Part shown: one piece after another, positions 55,253 through 64,000 of the stretch
How positions within the stretch are numbered: position 1 is the first letter of the stretch
How the letters are laid out: the number at the start of each line of letters is the position of its first letter
Source of the DNA: an uncultured Gaiellaceae bacterium
GTDB lineage: Bacteria > Actinomycetota > Thermoleophilia > Gaiellales > Gaiellaceae
NCBI GenBank assembly: GCA_963731095.1
Contig: CAVSUK010000015.1
Coordinates: 46-64,045 of the forward strand
Length of the DNA stretch: 64,000 bases
Reading direction: 5' to 3'
Translations under genes and position numbers: made by a program
Notes under the pieces: model-generated
The model's database searches: none
Seen by the model: only the letters and a program-made list of their open reading frames with translations
What the model was told of the DNA's origin: nothing

Positions 55253-56515
55253 GTGAGCGAAGCGAACGCGAACAGGCGCAGGGTCGTCGTGACGGGGCTC
55301 GGAATGGTGTCCCCGCTCGGCAACACGGTCGACGATACGTGGTCGGCGCTCGTCGCCGGCCGCTCCGGCGCGGGCCCCATCACCCAGTTCGACACGACGG
55401 GGTACCCGGTCGACTTCGCGTGTGAGGTGAAAGACCTCGACGTGACGGAATACGTCGAGTACAAGGCGTCCCGTCGCATGGACCGCTTCACCCACCTGGC
55501 GCTCGCGGCGGCCCGGCAGGCCGAGACCGACTCCGGTCTCGACATCTCCCCGATCGCCGATCGGGTGGGCGCGGCCGTGGCGACCGGTATCGGGGGCCTG
55601 AAGTCCTTCGAGGCATGCGTCGACCAGCTCAGGGAGCGTGGCCCCGACCGCGTCAACCCGTTCTCGATCGTCCAGATCATCCCGAACCTGGCCGCAGGCT
55701 GGGTCTCCATCGAGCTCGGCACGAAGGGGCCGCTGCTGTCCGAATGCGCCGCCTGCGCCGCCTCCAACATGGCGATCGGCGACGGCCTGGACGCGATCCG
55801 CCTCGGCCGCGCGGACGTGATGATCTGCGGCGGCACCGAGGCGCCGGTCACCCAGGTGGGCATTGCGGGATTCGGCGCCATGCGTGCCATCTCACGGCGC
55901 AACGAGGATCCCGAGCGGGCCTCCCGCCCCTTCGACGGCGAGCGCGACGGCTTCGTCATGGGTGAGGCGTCCGCCATGGTCGTGATCGAGGATCTCGAGC
56001 ACGCCCGGGCGCGTGGCGCGAAGATCTACGCCGAGCTCCTCGGCTACGGCGTCTCGTCCGACGCGACCCACGTCTCCGACCCGGATCCGACGGGCGCGAG
56101 CCCGGCGCGGGCCCTGCGGATGGCGTTCGCGGACGCCGGTATCGACCCCTCCGAGGTCGGCTACGTCAACGCGCACGGCACGTCCACCCCGGTCGGCGAC
56201 TCGGCCGAGACGCGCGTGTTGAAGGTTGCCCTCGGGGAGGAGAAGGCCTACCGCACCCCGGTGTCGTCGACGAAGGGTGCCACCGGGCACTGCCTGGGAG
56301 CGGCGGGAGCGGTCGAGGCCGCGTTCACGATCCTCGCGCTGGACCGCGGCATCCTGCCGCCCACGATCAATCAGACGACTCCGGATCCCGAGTGCGATCT
56401 CGATTACATCCCGAACGAGGCCCGGCATGAGCAGGTCGAGATCGGGGTCTCCAACTCGTTCGGCTTCGGCGGCCACAACGCCTGCCTCGTGTTTCGCCGC
56501 TGGCACGGCGACTGA
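55253..56515 (+). CDS. fabF: beta-ketoacyl-ACP synthase II
   Basis: RRVVVTGLG, AACAAS, NAHGTST, TGHCLGAAG, NSFGFGG. Confidence 0.96.
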   Translation: MSEANANRRRVVVTGLGMVSPLGNTVDDTWSALVAGRSGAGPITQFDTTGYPVDFACEVKDLDVTEYVEYKASRRMDRFTHLALAAARQAETDSGLDISPIADRVGAAVATGIGGLKSFEACVDQLRERGPDRVNPFSIVQIIPNLAAGWVSIELGTKGPLLSECAACAASNMAIGDGLDAIRLGRADVMICGGTEAPVTQVGIAGFGAMRAISRRNEDPERASRPFDGERDGFVMGEASAMVVIEDLEHARARGAKIYAELLGYGVSSDATHVSDPDPTGASPARALRMAFADAGIDPSEVGYVNAHGTSTPVGDSAETRVLKVALGEEKAYRTPVSSTKGATGHCLGAAGAVEAAFTILALDRGILPPTINQTTPDPECDLDYIPNEARHEQVEIGVSNSFGFGGHNACLVFRRWHGD

Positions 56516-56516
56516 G

Positions 56517-56999
56517 TCAGGGCAGCCGCAGCTCCAGGAGGAGGGTGTCGCGCCAGACACCGTCCAGCTTTGCGATGCGCTCGCGGCGCCCGACGATCCT
56601 GAACCCGGCGCGGGCGTGCAGCGCCAGGCTGGCCTCGTTCTCCGGGAACACGCTCGTCTGGATCGTCCAGATGCCGGCGCGGCGCGCGGCCGCCACGAGC
56701 GCGTCCATGAGCTGGGTGCCGACACCCTTGCCGCGGGCAGCGGCGGCGACGTAGACGCTGTTCTCGGCGATGCCCGCGTAGCACGCGCGGCTCGACACGG
56801 GGGCGAGGGCGGCCCAGCCGACAACGGTGCCGTCGGTCTCCGCCACCAGCCTGCCTTCCGGGTGCCGGCCCGCGTCGAAGTCCCTCCAGGTCGGAGGCTC
56901 CGTCTCGAATGTGGCCTGCCCGGTCGCGATCCCCTCGGCCCAGATTGCCGCGACCCGCGGCCAGTCGGATTCCCTCATCGCTCTCAGCGTCGCGCCCAT
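56517..56999 (-). CDS. GNAT acetyltransferase (phosphinothricin/methionine sulfoximine acetyltransferase-like)
   Basis: ATFETEPP, ENSVYV..ARGKGVG, ENEASLALH..GF, WRD. Confidence 0.9.
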   Translation of the reverse strand: MGATLRAMRESDWPRVAAIWAEGIATGQATFETEPPTWRDFDAGRHPEGRLVAETDGTVVGWAALAPVSSRACYAGIAENSVYVAAAARGKGVGTQLMDALVAAARRAGIWTIQTSVFPENEASLALHARAGFRIVGRRERIAKLDGVWRDTLLLELRLP

Positions 57000-57040
57000 G
57001 CCGTCTCGCGAACGAGGATAGACCGCCTACACTGCCGCCC

Positions 57041-57973
57041 GTGCAGCTACGCCCACCCGATCCGGCGCGCGACTTCGACGAGGTGCTCGCGCTCGTGCAG
57101 GCGTGCGACCGTGCCGTCTACGGCGACTCGGACTGGACCGCCGAGGAGCTGCGGGAGGAGTGGGAGGGCCTCGACCTCGAGCGCGACGCCTGGGTCGCCG
57201 TCGCCGACGGCCGGATCGCGGGCGTCATGCACCGCTACGACCTCCGCGACGGTCGTGTGCTCGCCGATGGGTACGTGCATCCGGAGCTGACGGGCAGAGG
57301 GGTGGGCGCCCGGTTGCTCGAGGCCGTGGAGCAGCGTGCCGGTGAGCTCGCGGGGGACGTTCCGGCCGGCGTGCGCGTGACGGTCGAGACAGCGCACCTC
57401 GTCGGCGATCCGCGGGCGCCGAAGCTGCTCGCCTGCAGGGGGTACGAGCGCGTGCGAACCTTCTTCCGCATGGTCGCGCATCTCGGCGACGAGCCGCCGG
57501 AACCCGTGTGGCCGCCGGGGCTCGAGCTCCGTCCGCTCGAACCCGTGCGGGACGGCCCGCAGGTGCAGGCGGCCATCGACGAGGCGTTCGCGCGCGAGTG
57601 GGGGTACTCCCGCCGGCCGTACGACGACCGGTTCCAGAAGGTGTTGGGCGTGCCGCGCTTCGATGCGGAGCTCTGTCTCGTCGTCTGGGAGGGCGACGAG
57701 CTCGCCGCGGTCTCGATCAACTATCCGAAGCGGATGGGCAACTGGGGCTGGATCGGCACGCTCGCTGTTCGTCCGCCGTGGCGCCGCCGCGGCCTTGGAC
57801 TGGCCCTCCTGCTCGAGAGCCTTCGCCGCTTCCACGGGCGCGGCGAGCGGGTCGTCGCCCTCGGCGTCGACGCGGAGAACCCGACCGGCGCAACGAGGCT
57901 GTACGAACGGGCCGGTCTGGACGTGCTGTGGCGGGCAGACGTGTGGCGGAAGGAGATCCGGCCCGGTGCCTGA
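57041..57973 (+). CDS. tandem-GNAT acetyltransferase (MshD-like architecture)
   Basis: VHPELTGRGVG and VRPPWRRRGLG; VDAENPTGA.RLYE. Confidence 0.85.
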   Translation: MQLRPPDPARDFDEVLALVQACDRAVYGDSDWTAEELREEWEGLDLERDAWVAVADGRIAGVMHRYDLRDGRVLADGYVHPELTGRGVGARLLEAVEQRAGELAGDVPAGVRVTVETAHLVGDPRAPKLLACRGYERVRTFFRMVAHLGDEPPEPVWPPGLELRPLEPVRDGPQVQAAIDEAFAREWGYSRRPYDDRFQKVLGVPRFDAELCLVVWEGDELAAVSINYPKRMGNWGWIGTLAVRPPWRRRGLGLALLLESLRRFHGRGERVVALGVDAENPTGATRLYERAGLDVLWRADVWRKEIRPGA

Positions 57974-58892
57974 AGTGGTGTTGCGCGGGCCGCGCCCGGA
58001 CGAGGCAGACGCGATCGCGGACGCGATCAACGCCCACAGCCGCTCCGTCCACGGCACCGACGACGTGACGGGTGACGAGATCCGCTCGTGGTTCGAGGCT
58101 CCGGACATCGATCCCGCGACGGACATGCGCGTGGCGGTGCTTCCCGACGGCACCGTCGCCGGCTACGCCGACCTCGGCGGCGGCCACGGCGACCCGCCGC
58201 GGTTCTGGCTCGACGTCCGGCTGCGGCCCGGCTATGCGGAGGTCGGGTCGCCGCTGATCGCGTCGATGGAGCGGCGCGCCCTGGAGCGCACCGGTGGCCC
58301 GGCCCTCCTGCGGGCGATCACCTTCGGGGCGGACGCGGTCACACCCGCGCTGTTCGCGGCAGCGGGGATGCGGTATGTCCGCAGCTCGTACCGCATGGTC
58401 GCCGACCTGGACGCCCCTGTCTCCGAGCCCGCCTGGCCCGAAGGGTTGTGCGTCAGGGTCTTCGACCCGTCCGAGGGCGACGAGCGCGTGTTCGCGGCCC
58501 ACCAGGACGGATTCGCCGACCACTGGGAGTTCCATCCGACCCCCCTCGACGAGTGGCGGCACTGGCTGTACCGGCCGCCGTTCGACCCCACGCTCTGGTT
58601 CCTCGTCGAGGACGGGCCGGACATCGCCGCTCTGTGTCTCTGCCGCCCGGAGGAGGTGGGAGACCCCGACATGGGCTGGGTCGGCATCCTCACGGTGCGA
58701 CCGCCCTGGCGGCGCCGCGGTCTGGCGCGCGCCCTCCTGTTGCATGCGTTCGGCGTGTTCCGCGAGCGAGGCCGGCTGCGGGCGGGGCTGACCGTCGACG
58801 CCGAGAACACCACCGGCGCCGTCGCCCTCTACGAGGGCGCCGGCATGTCCGTGGCGCGGCGGAACGACACCTACGAGAAGGGGCTTTCGTGA
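57966..58892 (+). CDS. tandem-GNAT acetyltransferase, paralogue of the upstream gene
   Basis: VRPPWRRRGLA, VDAENTTGA.ALYE; N-terminal CoA motif degenerate. Confidence 0.85.
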   Translation: MPEVVLRGPRPDEADAIADAINAHSRSVHGTDDVTGDEIRSWFEAPDIDPATDMRVAVLPDGTVAGYADLGGGHGDPPRFWLDVRLRPGYAEVGSPLIASMERRALERTGGPALLRAITFGADAVTPALFAAAGMRYVRSSYRMVADLDAPVSEPAWPEGLCVRVFDPSEGDERVFAAHQDGFADHWEFHPTPLDEWRHWLYRPPFDPTLWFLVEDGPDIAALCLCRPEEVGDPDMGWVGILTVRPPWRRRGLARALLLHAFGVFRERGRLRAGLTVDAENTTGAVALYEGAGMSVARRNDTYEKGLS

Positions 58893-59656
58893 TGTCGTGG
58901 CTGCGCGCGAAGTGCCCCGACTGTCGCACCCTCACCTCCGTCTGGGTCGGGGACGGCTACCAGTGCCATGCCTGCGGCCGCGAGTTCGCAGCGGGGCTCG
59001 TGCGCGTGCCGCGCGCGCACGGGACAGGCGGCGAGCCGATGATCGAGGCGGCAGGGCTGCCGCTGCCGTATCCGGAAGCGGCGGTGATCGAGAGCGATAC
59101 GCTCGACGCGCAGATCTCCGATCAGGCCGCCGCGAGCCCGCCGCGGCCGCTCGTTCTCGGCGGCTGTTGTTGCGCGCACGTCGGGGCGATCCAGGCGCTG
59201 GCGGCGCACCCGGGGAGGCTTGCGGTCGTCTGGCTCGACGCTCACGGCGACCTCAACACGCCCGAGAGCTCGCCGTCCGGGAACGCGTGGGGGATGCCCT
59301 TGCGGATGGCGATCGACAGGGGGCTCGTACGCTCGCAGGACGTCGCGCTCGTCGGCGCCCGCTCGCTCGACCCGCCGGAGGAGGCGTACCTTGCCGAGAC
59401 GGGGATCGACGACGACGTCGAGCGCGCGCTCGAAGGCTGCGACCGCGTCTACATCGCACTCGACTGTGACGTGCTCCGGCCCGGGGAGATCGCCTGCTTC
59501 ATGCCGGAGCCGGGCGGCCCGACGGCAGCCGAGGTCGAGGGCGTTCTCACCCGCGTCGCCGCCCGCGCCCCCGTTGCCGGCCTGGGCCTGACCGGCCTCG
59601 TCCCCCGAGCCGACGTGGCGACGCTCGTTCGCTTCACGAAGGCGGCAGGCCTGTAG
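58892..59656 (+). CDS. arginase/ureohydrolase-family protein with N-terminal Zn ribbon
   Basis: CPDC..CHAC; LGGCCCAH, WLDAHGDLNTP..SPSGN, DCDVL, PGG. Confidence 0.8.
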   Translation: MSWLRAKCPDCRTLTSVWVGDGYQCHACGREFAAGLVRVPRAHGTGGEPMIEAAGLPLPYPEAAVIESDTLDAQISDQAAASPPRPLVLGGCCCAHVGAIQALAAHPGRLAVVWLDAHGDLNTPESSPSGNAWGMPLRMAIDRGLVRSQDVALVGARSLDPPEEAYLAETGIDDDVERALEGCDRVYIALDCDVLRPGEIACFMPEPGGPTAAEVEGVLTRVAARAPVAGLGLTGLVPRADVATLVRFTKAAGL

Positions 59657-59710
59657 CCCCGGGGACCCCGTGCAACTCCGGCGCGGCAGGGCCGGTCTAA
59701 GATCCCGTAG

Positions 59711-60565
59711 ATGTCCGCCACCGGCCGCATCGACGTCTCGATCGAGCACAAGCTGGCCACGCCCGGCGACTCGACCGACAAGAAGCACCCGAACACGTGC
59801 CCCGGCTGTGGCTCCCACTACCGGGATGAGGAGCTCGAGGGACATCTCCGCGTCTGTCCCCAGTGCGGTCATCACTTCCCTGTCCGCAGCCAGGAGCGGG
59901 TCACGCAGCTCGCGGACCCGGGCAGCTTCGTGGAGGACGACGACCACCTCCGTTCCGCCGACCCACTCGGGTTCTTCGACCTCAGGCCGTATGTCGAGCG
60001 CCTCGCCGAGGCCGAGGTGTCGACCGGCCTCGGGGACGCGATGGTCACCGGCGCGGCCGCGATCGAGGGCCATGCGTGCCGGCTCGCGGTGATGGACTTC
60101 TCGTTCATGGGCGGGTCGATGGGGAGCGTTGTCGGCGAGAAGTTCGTCCGCGCCTGCGAGGCCGCGATCGCGGACTGCGTGCCGCTCGTGTCGGTGTCGG
60201 CCTCCGGCGGCGCCCGCATGCAGGAGGGAATCCTGGCGCTGATGCAGCTGCCGAAGACCGTCTGCGCGGTGGAGGAGCTCCGTGATTCCGGCGGCGTGCT
60301 CATCTCCGTGATCGCGCACCCCACCACGGGCGGGCTCCTGGCGAGCTTCGCGTCGCTCGGCGACGTCCTGCTCGCCGAGCCCGGCGCCCTGATGTCCTTC
60401 GCGGGGCCACGCGTAGTCGCGCAGACGACGCGGGAGAAGCTGCCGGACGACTTCGGGCTCGCCGAGTCGAACCTCCGCTTCGGCCACATCGACGCGATCG
60501 TGCCGCGTCCCGAGCTCCGGCCGATACTGGCGCGGCTTCTGCGCCTGTTCGGAGCTCCGGCCTGA
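59711..60565 (+). CDS. accD: acetyl-CoA carboxylase carboxyltransferase beta
   Basis: C4 Zn finger, FMGGSMGSVVGEK, SGGARMQEG, PTTGG, FAGPRV. Confidence 0.96.
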   Translation: MSATGRIDVSIEHKLATPGDSTDKKHPNTCPGCGSHYRDEELEGHLRVCPQCGHHFPVRSQERVTQLADPGSFVEDDDHLRSADPLGFFDLRPYVERLAEAEVSTGLGDAMVTGAAAIEGHACRLAVMDFSFMGGSMGSVVGEKFVRACEAAIADCVPLVSVSASGGARMQEGILALMQLPKTVCAVEELRDSGGVLISVIAHPTTGGLLASFASLGDVLLAEPGALMSFAGPRVVAQTTREKLPDDFGLAESNLRFGHIDAIVPRPELRPILARLLRLFGAPA

Positions 60566-61497
60566 TGTCGACCGAGGCCGAGCTCGGCCTCCGTGACCGG
60601 CTCGCGAAGCTGTCGGGGGTGAAGCTGCTTCGCGGCACCAAGCTCTCCGCGGAGCTGGAACGGCTGCAGCGCCAGCTGGAGCGGCTGCGGGCGGACACCT
60701 CCGACGAGGAGATCTGGAAACGGGTCGAGCTCGCCCGCCACCAGGACCGCCCCTACACCCTCGACTACGTCGACCGCATCCTCGACGACTTCTTCGAGCT
60801 GCACGGAGATCGCGCCCGACTCGACGACCACGCAGTCGTGGCCGGCCTCGGAAAGCTCGAGGGGCACACGGTCGCGCTGCTCGGACACCAGAAGGGACGG
60901 GACATCAAAGAGCGCACCAACCGGAACTTCGGCATGGCCTACCCCGAGGGCTACCGCAAGGCGATGCGCGTCATGGAGCTCGCCGACCGGCATCGTTTCC
61001 CGCTGGTCACGCTCGTGGACACGCCGGGGGCATATCCGGGCGTGGCGGCCGAGCAGCACGGCCAGGGTGGCGCGATCGCCCGCTCCCAGGCCGTCATGGC
61101 ACGACTCGGCGTTCCCACCGTGTCCGTCGTGATCGGCGAGGGTGGCTCCGGCGGCGCCATCGCGCTGGCCGTCGCCGACCGCGTGCTGATGCAGGAGAAC
61201 GCGATCTATTCCGTCATCTCACCCGAGGGATGCGCGGCCATCCTCTGGCGCGACGCCTCGCAGGCGAAGAAGGCGGCGTCGGCGTTCAAGCCGGACGCCG
61301 CCCATTGCCTGGAGCTCGGCGTCATCGACGGCATCGTGCCCGAGCCGGAGGGCGGTGCCCACACCGACCACGACGCGGCAGCGGGCCTCTTGCGCGACAC
61401 GCTCGCCTCCCACCTCGCAGAGCTCGTTCCGATGAGCCCGGACGAGCTGCGGCGCACCCGCCGCGCGAAGTTCCGCGCCATGGGCGTTTTCACCTGA
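60565..61497 (+). CDS. accA: acetyl-CoA carboxylase carboxyltransferase alpha
   Basis: ARHQDRPYTLDY, ELHGDR, PEGYRKA, DTPGAYPG, GEGGSGGA, VISPEGCA. Confidence 0.96.
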   Translation: MSTEAELGLRDRLAKLSGVKLLRGTKLSAELERLQRQLERLRADTSDEEIWKRVELARHQDRPYTLDYVDRILDDFFELHGDRARLDDHAVVAGLGKLEGHTVALLGHQKGRDIKERTNRNFGMAYPEGYRKAMRVMELADRHRFPLVTLVDTPGAYPGVAAEQHGQGGAIARSQAVMARLGVPTVSVVIGEGGSGGAIALAVADRVLMQENAIYSVISPEGCAAILWRDASQAKKAASAFKPDAAHCLELGVIDGIVPEPEGGAHTDHDAAAGLLRDTLASHLAELVPMSPDELRRTRRAKFRAMGVFT

Positions 61498-61516
61498 GCT
61501 TCGAGCGCTCCGACGG

Positions 61517-62011
61517 GTGCTCGCCCGCCGCGGCGATCTCGACATCACCGGGATTGCAGGAGCCGAGCGACACAGGGCCGTGCTCATCGTCGCTGTGCTG
61601 ACGATCCATTCGGCAGCCGAGGCGGTCGGGCTCGCCTCGGCGTTCGCCGGAAGCCGGGCCTTCGGCTGGACGGTCGGGCTCGCGCTCGCGATCCACAAGA
61701 TGCCCGAGGGGTTTGCCGTCAGCGTCGCTCTCGTTCCCCGCGGCGTCAGCGTGCGCGCCGCGGCCGGCTTCGCCGCACTGGCGGCGCTGCCGCTGCCGTT
61801 GGTCGCGGTGCCGGCCTTCCTGTTCGTCGACTCGTTCCGCGGGATCCTGCCCGTGGCCCTGGGATTCGCGGCCGGCGCGATGATCCTGGTCGTTGTCAGC
61901 GAGATGCTGCCCGAGGCTCTCCGGCAATCACGACCGCGATCCGTCGCGGTCTACTGCGCCGCGGCGTTCATCGCAACAGCGCTCTTCCAGGTTGCCGCCA
62001 CCCTGGCGTGA
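61517..62011 (+). CDS. ZIP/ZupT-family metal transporter, C-terminal half only (possible remnant)
   Basis: IHSAAEAVG, AIHKMPEG, GFAAGAM..VV.EMLPE; only 164 aa. Confidence 0.65.
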   Translation: MLARRGDLDITGIAGAERHRAVLIVAVLTIHSAAEAVGLASAFAGSRAFGWTVGLALAIHKMPEGFAVSVALVPRGVSVRAAAGFAALAALPLPLVAVPAFLFVDSFRGILPVALGFAAGAMILVVVSEMLPEALRQSRPRSVAVYCAAAFIATALFQVAATLA

Positions 62012-62014
62012 GCT

Positions 62015-62044
62015 CTCTCCACACTTTCCACAGGCTTATCCCCG
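62015..62044 (+). promoter_or_regulatory. cluster of three DnaA-box-like 9-mers
   Basis: ctctccaca (62015-62023), ctttccaca (62024-62032), ttatccccg (62036-62044). Confidence 0.55.
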
Positions 62045-62128
62045 GACGCGAAATCGCTGTGAGCGGGGAAGACGCCTCGTCTGTGACGGAGGTGTTAAGG
62101 AGAGGTGCCGAACGGGGATGATGTCGGC

Positions 62129-64000
62129 ATGGACCTCGACGAGTATCGCCGCAAGCGCGATCGCACGCGTACGCCGGAGCCGTTCGGCGGTGAGGCGGCC
62201 GGCGGCTCGCCCGTCTTCGTCGTGCAGCGTCACGCCGCCAGGCGACTCCACTACGACCTGCGGCTCGAACGGGGCGGCGCACTTGCGAGCTGGGCGGTGC
62301 CGAAGGGCATCCCGCTCGAGCGCGGCGAGCGCCGCCTGGCCGTGCACGTCGAGGACCATCCGCTCGCGTACGCATCCTTCGAGGGGGAGATCCCGGCAGG
62401 GCAGTACGGGGCCGGCATCGTCGAGATCTGGGACAGCGGCACCTACGAGCTGGTCGAGGAGAAGCGCGACGGCGGGCTGACGGTGCGCCTGCACGGCCGG
62501 CGGCTCGACGGCACGTGGACGCTCGTCCCGGCCGGGCTCGACGGCGACCCGAAGAACTGGCTTCTGTTGCGCAAGGACGGTGCCGAGCCGGGACGCTCGT
62601 CCTACGCCCCCATGCTCGCCACCGCGTCGGAGGTCCTGCCGGCGGGAGAGGGCTGGTCGTTCGAGCCGAAATGGGATGGCTATCGCGCCATCGTGAGGAT
62701 TGCGGGCGGCGAAGCCAGGCTCGTAAGCCGAAACGGCAACGACCTGACCGATCGCTTCGCTCCGCTCGCGCGCGCCGTGGTACTCGCCGTGCGATCGCCC
62801 GACGCGGTGCTCGACGCAGAGGTCTGCGCGCTCGACGGACGAGGCCGCTCGAGCTTCTCTCTCCTCCAGCGCGGGGAGGGCAATCTCGCGCTCGTCGTCT
62901 TCGACCTGCTCGAGCTGGACGGCGAGCCGCTCGTGGACGAGCCCCTTGCCCGTCGGCGTGAGCTGCTCGCCGCCGCCGTCGCTCCGGATTCGGGTGCGGT
63001 GATCGTCTCGCCGGCGTTCGACGACGGCGAGGCGCTGCTCCGGGCTGCGGAGGAGCAGGGCCTCGAAGGCGTGCTCGCCAAGCGCCTCGATGCGCGGTAC
63101 CAGCCGGGGCGCCGCTCGCCGGACTGGCGCAAGGTCAAGCTGAAGGACAGGCAGGAGCTCGTCGTCGCCGGGTATACGCGCGGCACGGGCCGACGCGCCG
63201 GCACCTTCGGAGCGCTCATCCTGGGCGTCCGGGACGGCGATGCGCTCGTCTTCGCCGGTAGCGTCGGCACCGGCTTCGGCGATGCCGAGCTCGACCGCCT
63301 CGCCGCGCTGATGCGGCCGCTCGAGCGCAAGACGCCTCCGTTCACGACGGCGCCGCGCATTCCGCGGGTCAGGCAGGCAGACGTCACCTGGGTCGAGCCC
63401 GTGCTCGTGGTCGAGGTGTCGTTCGCCGAGTGGACGCGGGACGGCCTGCTGCGGGCGCCGGTATACGCGGGGCTGCGGGAGGACAAGGCGGCCGGAGATG
63501 TGAGGCGCGAGCGCCCGACGATCGAGTCGGAGCTGCGGCGCGGCCGGCGGTCTCTGAAGCTCTCGAACCTCGACAAGCCTTTCTGGCCCGAGGAGGAGAT
63601 CACGAAGGGCGACCTGCTCGGGTACTACCGGGACATCGCACCCGCGCTCGTGCCGCACCTGCGTGGGCGGCCGTTCACGATGAAGCGCTACCCGGACGGG
63701 TGGGCGGGAAAGCACTTCTTCCAGAAGGACGCACCGGCGCACATGCCGGACTGGATCCGGACTGCCCCATTCCCCGCCTCGACGCGGTCGGGCGAGACGC
63801 GGACGATCGACTACCTGCTCGTCGACGACGAGCTTGCGCTGCTGTGGGTGGTGAACATGGGCTGCATCGACATGAACGCCTGGACGTCGAGGGTCGACCG
63901 GCCGCAGCGCCCGGACTGGGTGATCTTCGACCTCGATCCGTCGGACGGCGTCGGCTTCGAGGAGGTCGTCGAGACGGCGCTGCTCGTCAAGGAGGCGCTC
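62129..64000 (+). CDS. ligD: NHEJ DNA ligase D (phosphoesterase-ligase-polymerase), truncated by window end; not in ORF track
   Basis: MDLDEYRRKRD..TPEP, FVVQRHAARRLHYDLRLE, EPKWDGYR, EGVLAK, LSNLDKPFWP, KRYPDG, FFQKD, FDLDP. Confidence 0.95.
   Translation, partial: MDLDEYRRKRDRTRTPEPFGGEAAGGSPVFVVQRHAARRLHYDLRLERGGALASWAVPKGIPLERGERRLAVHVEDHPLAYASFEGEIPAGQYGAGIVEIWDSGTYELVEEKRDGGLTVRLHGRRLDGTWTLVPAGLDGDPKNWLLLRKDGAEPGRSSYAPMLATASEVLPAGEGWSFEPKWDGYRAIVRIAGGEARLVSRNGNDLTDRFAPLARAVVLAVRSPDAVLDAEVCALDGRGRSSFSLLQRGEGNLALVVFDLLELDGEPLVDEPLARRRELLAAAVAPDSGAVIVSPAFDDGEALLRAAEEQGLEGVLAKRLDARYQPGRRSPDWRKVKLKDRQELVVAGYTRGTGRRAGTFGALILGVRDGDALVFAGSVGTGFGDAELDRLAALMRPLERKTPPFTTAPRIPRVRQADVTWVEPVLVVEVSFAEWTRDGLLRAPVYAGLREDKAAGDVRRERPTIESELRRGRRSLKLSNLDKPFWPEEEITKGDLLGYYRDIAPALVPHLRGRPFTMKRYPDGWAGKHFFQKDAPAHMPDWIRTAPFPASTRSGETRTIDYLLVDDELALLWVVNMGCIDMNAWTSRVDRPQRPDWVIFDLDPSDGVGFEEVVETALLVKEAL

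Noticed and set aside
52157-56515. fab cluster as a type II PKS or secondary metabolite cluster
   Set aside because: Canonical FAS-II motifs, with no chain-length factor, cyclase or tailoring enzymes
62036-63742. 568-aa minus-strand ORF
   Set aside because: Antisense shadow of ligD, which the ORF track misses because it has no stop in the window

Overview
High-GC actinobacterial chromosome segment, probably class Thermoleophilia/Gaiellales (inferred from gene repertoire, not verified), centred on the replication origin. The origin block is parB-parA-rsmG-jag-yidC-yidD-rnpA-rpmH <- oriC -> dnaA-dnaN-recF-dciA-gyrB-gyrA, and gene orientation flips at about 37 kb. The left arm carries hemC (frameshifted), hemA, a ccsA/hemX-like gene, ccmDCBA, mqnP, moaBC, an aldehyde dehydrogenase, frameshifted otsA, htrA and a two-component system. 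It continues into an envelope glycosylation region (degenerate M28 membrane protein, GT2, GT4, three GT-C-fold transferases, PBP1A, CPBP protease) and a ~6 kb accessory islet downstream of tRNA-Ile(GAT). The right arm carries galT, SPFH/NfeD, an amidase, an ECF sigma factor coupled to fabZHDGF, GNATs, a Zn-ribbon arginase-like protein, accDA, a ZIP fragment and ligD (runs off the window). Most of the window is housekeeping. The best leads are a possible GPI-like glycolipid/anchoring module, an ECF-led fatty acid operon, an atypical ureohydrolase operon, a motif shared by the dnaA and gyrB upstream regions, a parS-like 26-bp palindrome, a distal DnaA-box cluster and two apparent non-canonical start codons. 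No CRISPR array, integrase, transposase or rRNA was seen. All family calls come from reading motifs by eye, not from database searches.
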